Source: Armatimonadota bacterium
GTDB taxonomy: Bacteria; Armatimonadota; Hebobacteria; CAIYQO01
Assembly (NCBI GenBank): GCA_038248345.1
Contig: JBBRXO010000013.1
Coordinates: 1 to 40,019, forward strand
Reading direction: 5' to 3'
Length of the DNA: 40,019 bases
Below are positions 38,740-40,019 of the stretch, piece after piece (the stretch's first letter is position 1; every line of letters begins with the position of its first letter). The position numbers were made by a program, and so were the translations under genes. Below the pieces are notes generated by a model. It was given only the letters and a program-made list of their open reading frames with translations. It did not search any database and was not told the DNA's origin.

Positions 38740-39504
38740 GTGCATAGATATTTTGGCCGCACAGAGTTGCTTATCGGTAAAGCGGGGTTGCAGAAGCTGC
38801 AGGCGGCGCGGGTGGCGGTCTTCGGCATGGGGGGCGTGGGGTCCTATGCGGTAGAGGCGTTGGCGCGCAGCGGGGTCGGCTATCTGCGTATAGTTGATTT
38901 CGACACGGTAGGAGCGAGCAACTTCAACCGCCAGCTTTATGCGCTACGTTCCACGCTGGGGCAACCGAAGGTGGAGGTGGCTGCGGCGCGGGTGCGCGAT
39001 ATCAACCCGGAGATCGTCCTCGATATCCGCCCCGCCTTCTTTCACCACGACACCGCCGATGAGCTACTCGCCGCGCCGTTGGACTTTGTGATCGACGCGA
39101 TAGACAGCCTGGCACCTAAGTGCGAGTTGCTGGCGCAATGCGTGGAGCGCGGCATCCCGGTGATCAGCGCAATGGGAGCCGCCGCGCGCACCGACGCCAC
39201 CGCGCTGCGCGTGGGCAACATCTGGGAGACAACGAACTGCCCGCTAGCCACCAAGGTGCGGCGCACGTTGCGCAAACGCGGCATCACCGCCGCAGTGCCC
39301 GTAGTCTTCTCCACCGAGCAACCCGCCCCCACCTACAGCCACGAGGAAATAGGCGAGGTACAGGCCGAAGAAGCGCTGCGCCGCGGCCGCCAACGCCGCA
39401 TACTGCCCAGTATGGCGATGCTACCGGGGATGGTCGGGCTGCTGGCGGCGAATTATGTGGTGGGGGAGATGGTGGGAGCGCACGCATCCCAGGGATTGCA
39501 CTGA
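38740..39504 (+). CDS. tcdA: tRNA threonylcarbamoyladenosine dehydratase (ThiF family)
   Basis: FGRTELLIG, GMGGVGS...EALARSGVG, SNFNRQ, DAIDS, SAMGAA and CPLA motifs; likely GTG start at 38740. Confidence 0.88.
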   Translation: MHRYFGRTELLIGKAGLQKLQAARVAVFGMGGVGSYAVEALARSGVGYLRIVDFDTVGASNFNRQLYALRSTLGQPKVEVAAARVRDINPEIVLDIRPAFFHHDTADELLAAPLDFVIDAIDSLAPKCELLAQCVERGIPVISAMGAAARTDATALRVGNIWETTNCPLATKVRRTLRKRGITAAVPVVFSTEQPAPTYSHEEIGEVQAEEALRRGRQRRILPSMAMLPGMVGLLAANYVVGEMVGAHASQGLH

Positions 39505-39950
39505 AAGGGCAAAGGCTTTAGCCACGGGTGAAGTACCCATATGAGTGAAGCGAATATGGGTACGTAACCCGTGGATTGGGCATCATAAATTATTTCCCGT
39601 GCCGAAGACGGCGGGGGAATCCACTGGAAGCGTGCGCTCCCAGTGTGGGGTTAGGTACACCCACCGGCTTACGCCGCCTTTTTTTCTGAACCCAGATGCG
39701 CATGATTAAAGGATTATCTCTGACCTATTCGTCTACACTGTTGGATAGCCTCTTCCATTGAACGTTAAACATTGAACATTGAACGTTAAACATTGAACAT
39801 TGAACGTTAAACAAAAATCGCTATCCAACAGCAGAGGCATTATCTTCAACCTAATCCTCTAATCAGGCGAATCAAGGTTCAGACAGCGACACCCATATTA
39901 TAGAGTCGCCGCCATCCATGGCGGATTCCGCTGGCATCCATGCCAGCGGG
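39473..39950. repeat. composite REP-like/hairpin cluster B including a heptamer array
   Basis: Inverted repeat pairs 39473-39489/39626-39642, 39523-39573, 39685-39716/39852-39883 and 39738-39749/39820-39831; heptamers at 39756-39813. Confidence 0.85.
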
Positions 39951-40019
39951 TAACGAGACAAAGCGTAAAAGAATAAAGGGTAAATTACGGTCCTGGCGAG
40001 AGAGACGCACAACGGAACC

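Noticed and set aside
373..39521. Numerous antisense or overlapping ORFs in the track (e.g. 4475-5014, 10024-10542, 27457-27963, 30572-31189, 30961-31521)
   Set aside because: Shadow frames of well-supported genes, with no recognisable motifs
39756..39813. Iterons/replication origin or CRISPR
   Set aside because: Contiguous heptamers with no spacers; no rep, dnaA or cas gene in view

Overview
Bacterial chromosomal window of mostly core genes. It combines diderm envelope genes (LptD-like, TonB-dependent receptor) with Firmicutes-style gene neighbourhoods (pgpH-like-ybeY-dgkA, rpsU), which suggests Armatimonadota or a relative (inference). Left to right: fmt (partial), def, mreD-like, thiD, HAD, methyltransferase, DUF2993-like, tyrS, accA/accD, nagD-like, prfA, lptD-like, AEC transporter, birA, rsmD, dgkA, ybeY, HD phosphodiesterase, rpsU, a small gene with putative SOS boxes, rbsK, a convergent B12 uptake locus (pduO-btuB-tonB-like versus btuFDC) with two cobalamin riboswitches, GtrA, ankyrin protein, holB, a 1370-aa secreted protein, GH130, metallophosphoesterase and tcdA. 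I found no CRISPR, rRNA, tRNA, transposase or phage gene. The most interesting unexplained features are non-coding: (i) holB and tcdA are each bracketed by a 7-8-bp tandem repeat upstream and its reverse complement downstream; (ii) nested multi-family REP-like hairpin clusters; (iii) a ~110-nt rod-like element before thiD that is not a TPP riboswitch; (iv) an unannotated 36-aa ORF coupled to the HD phosphodiesterase.
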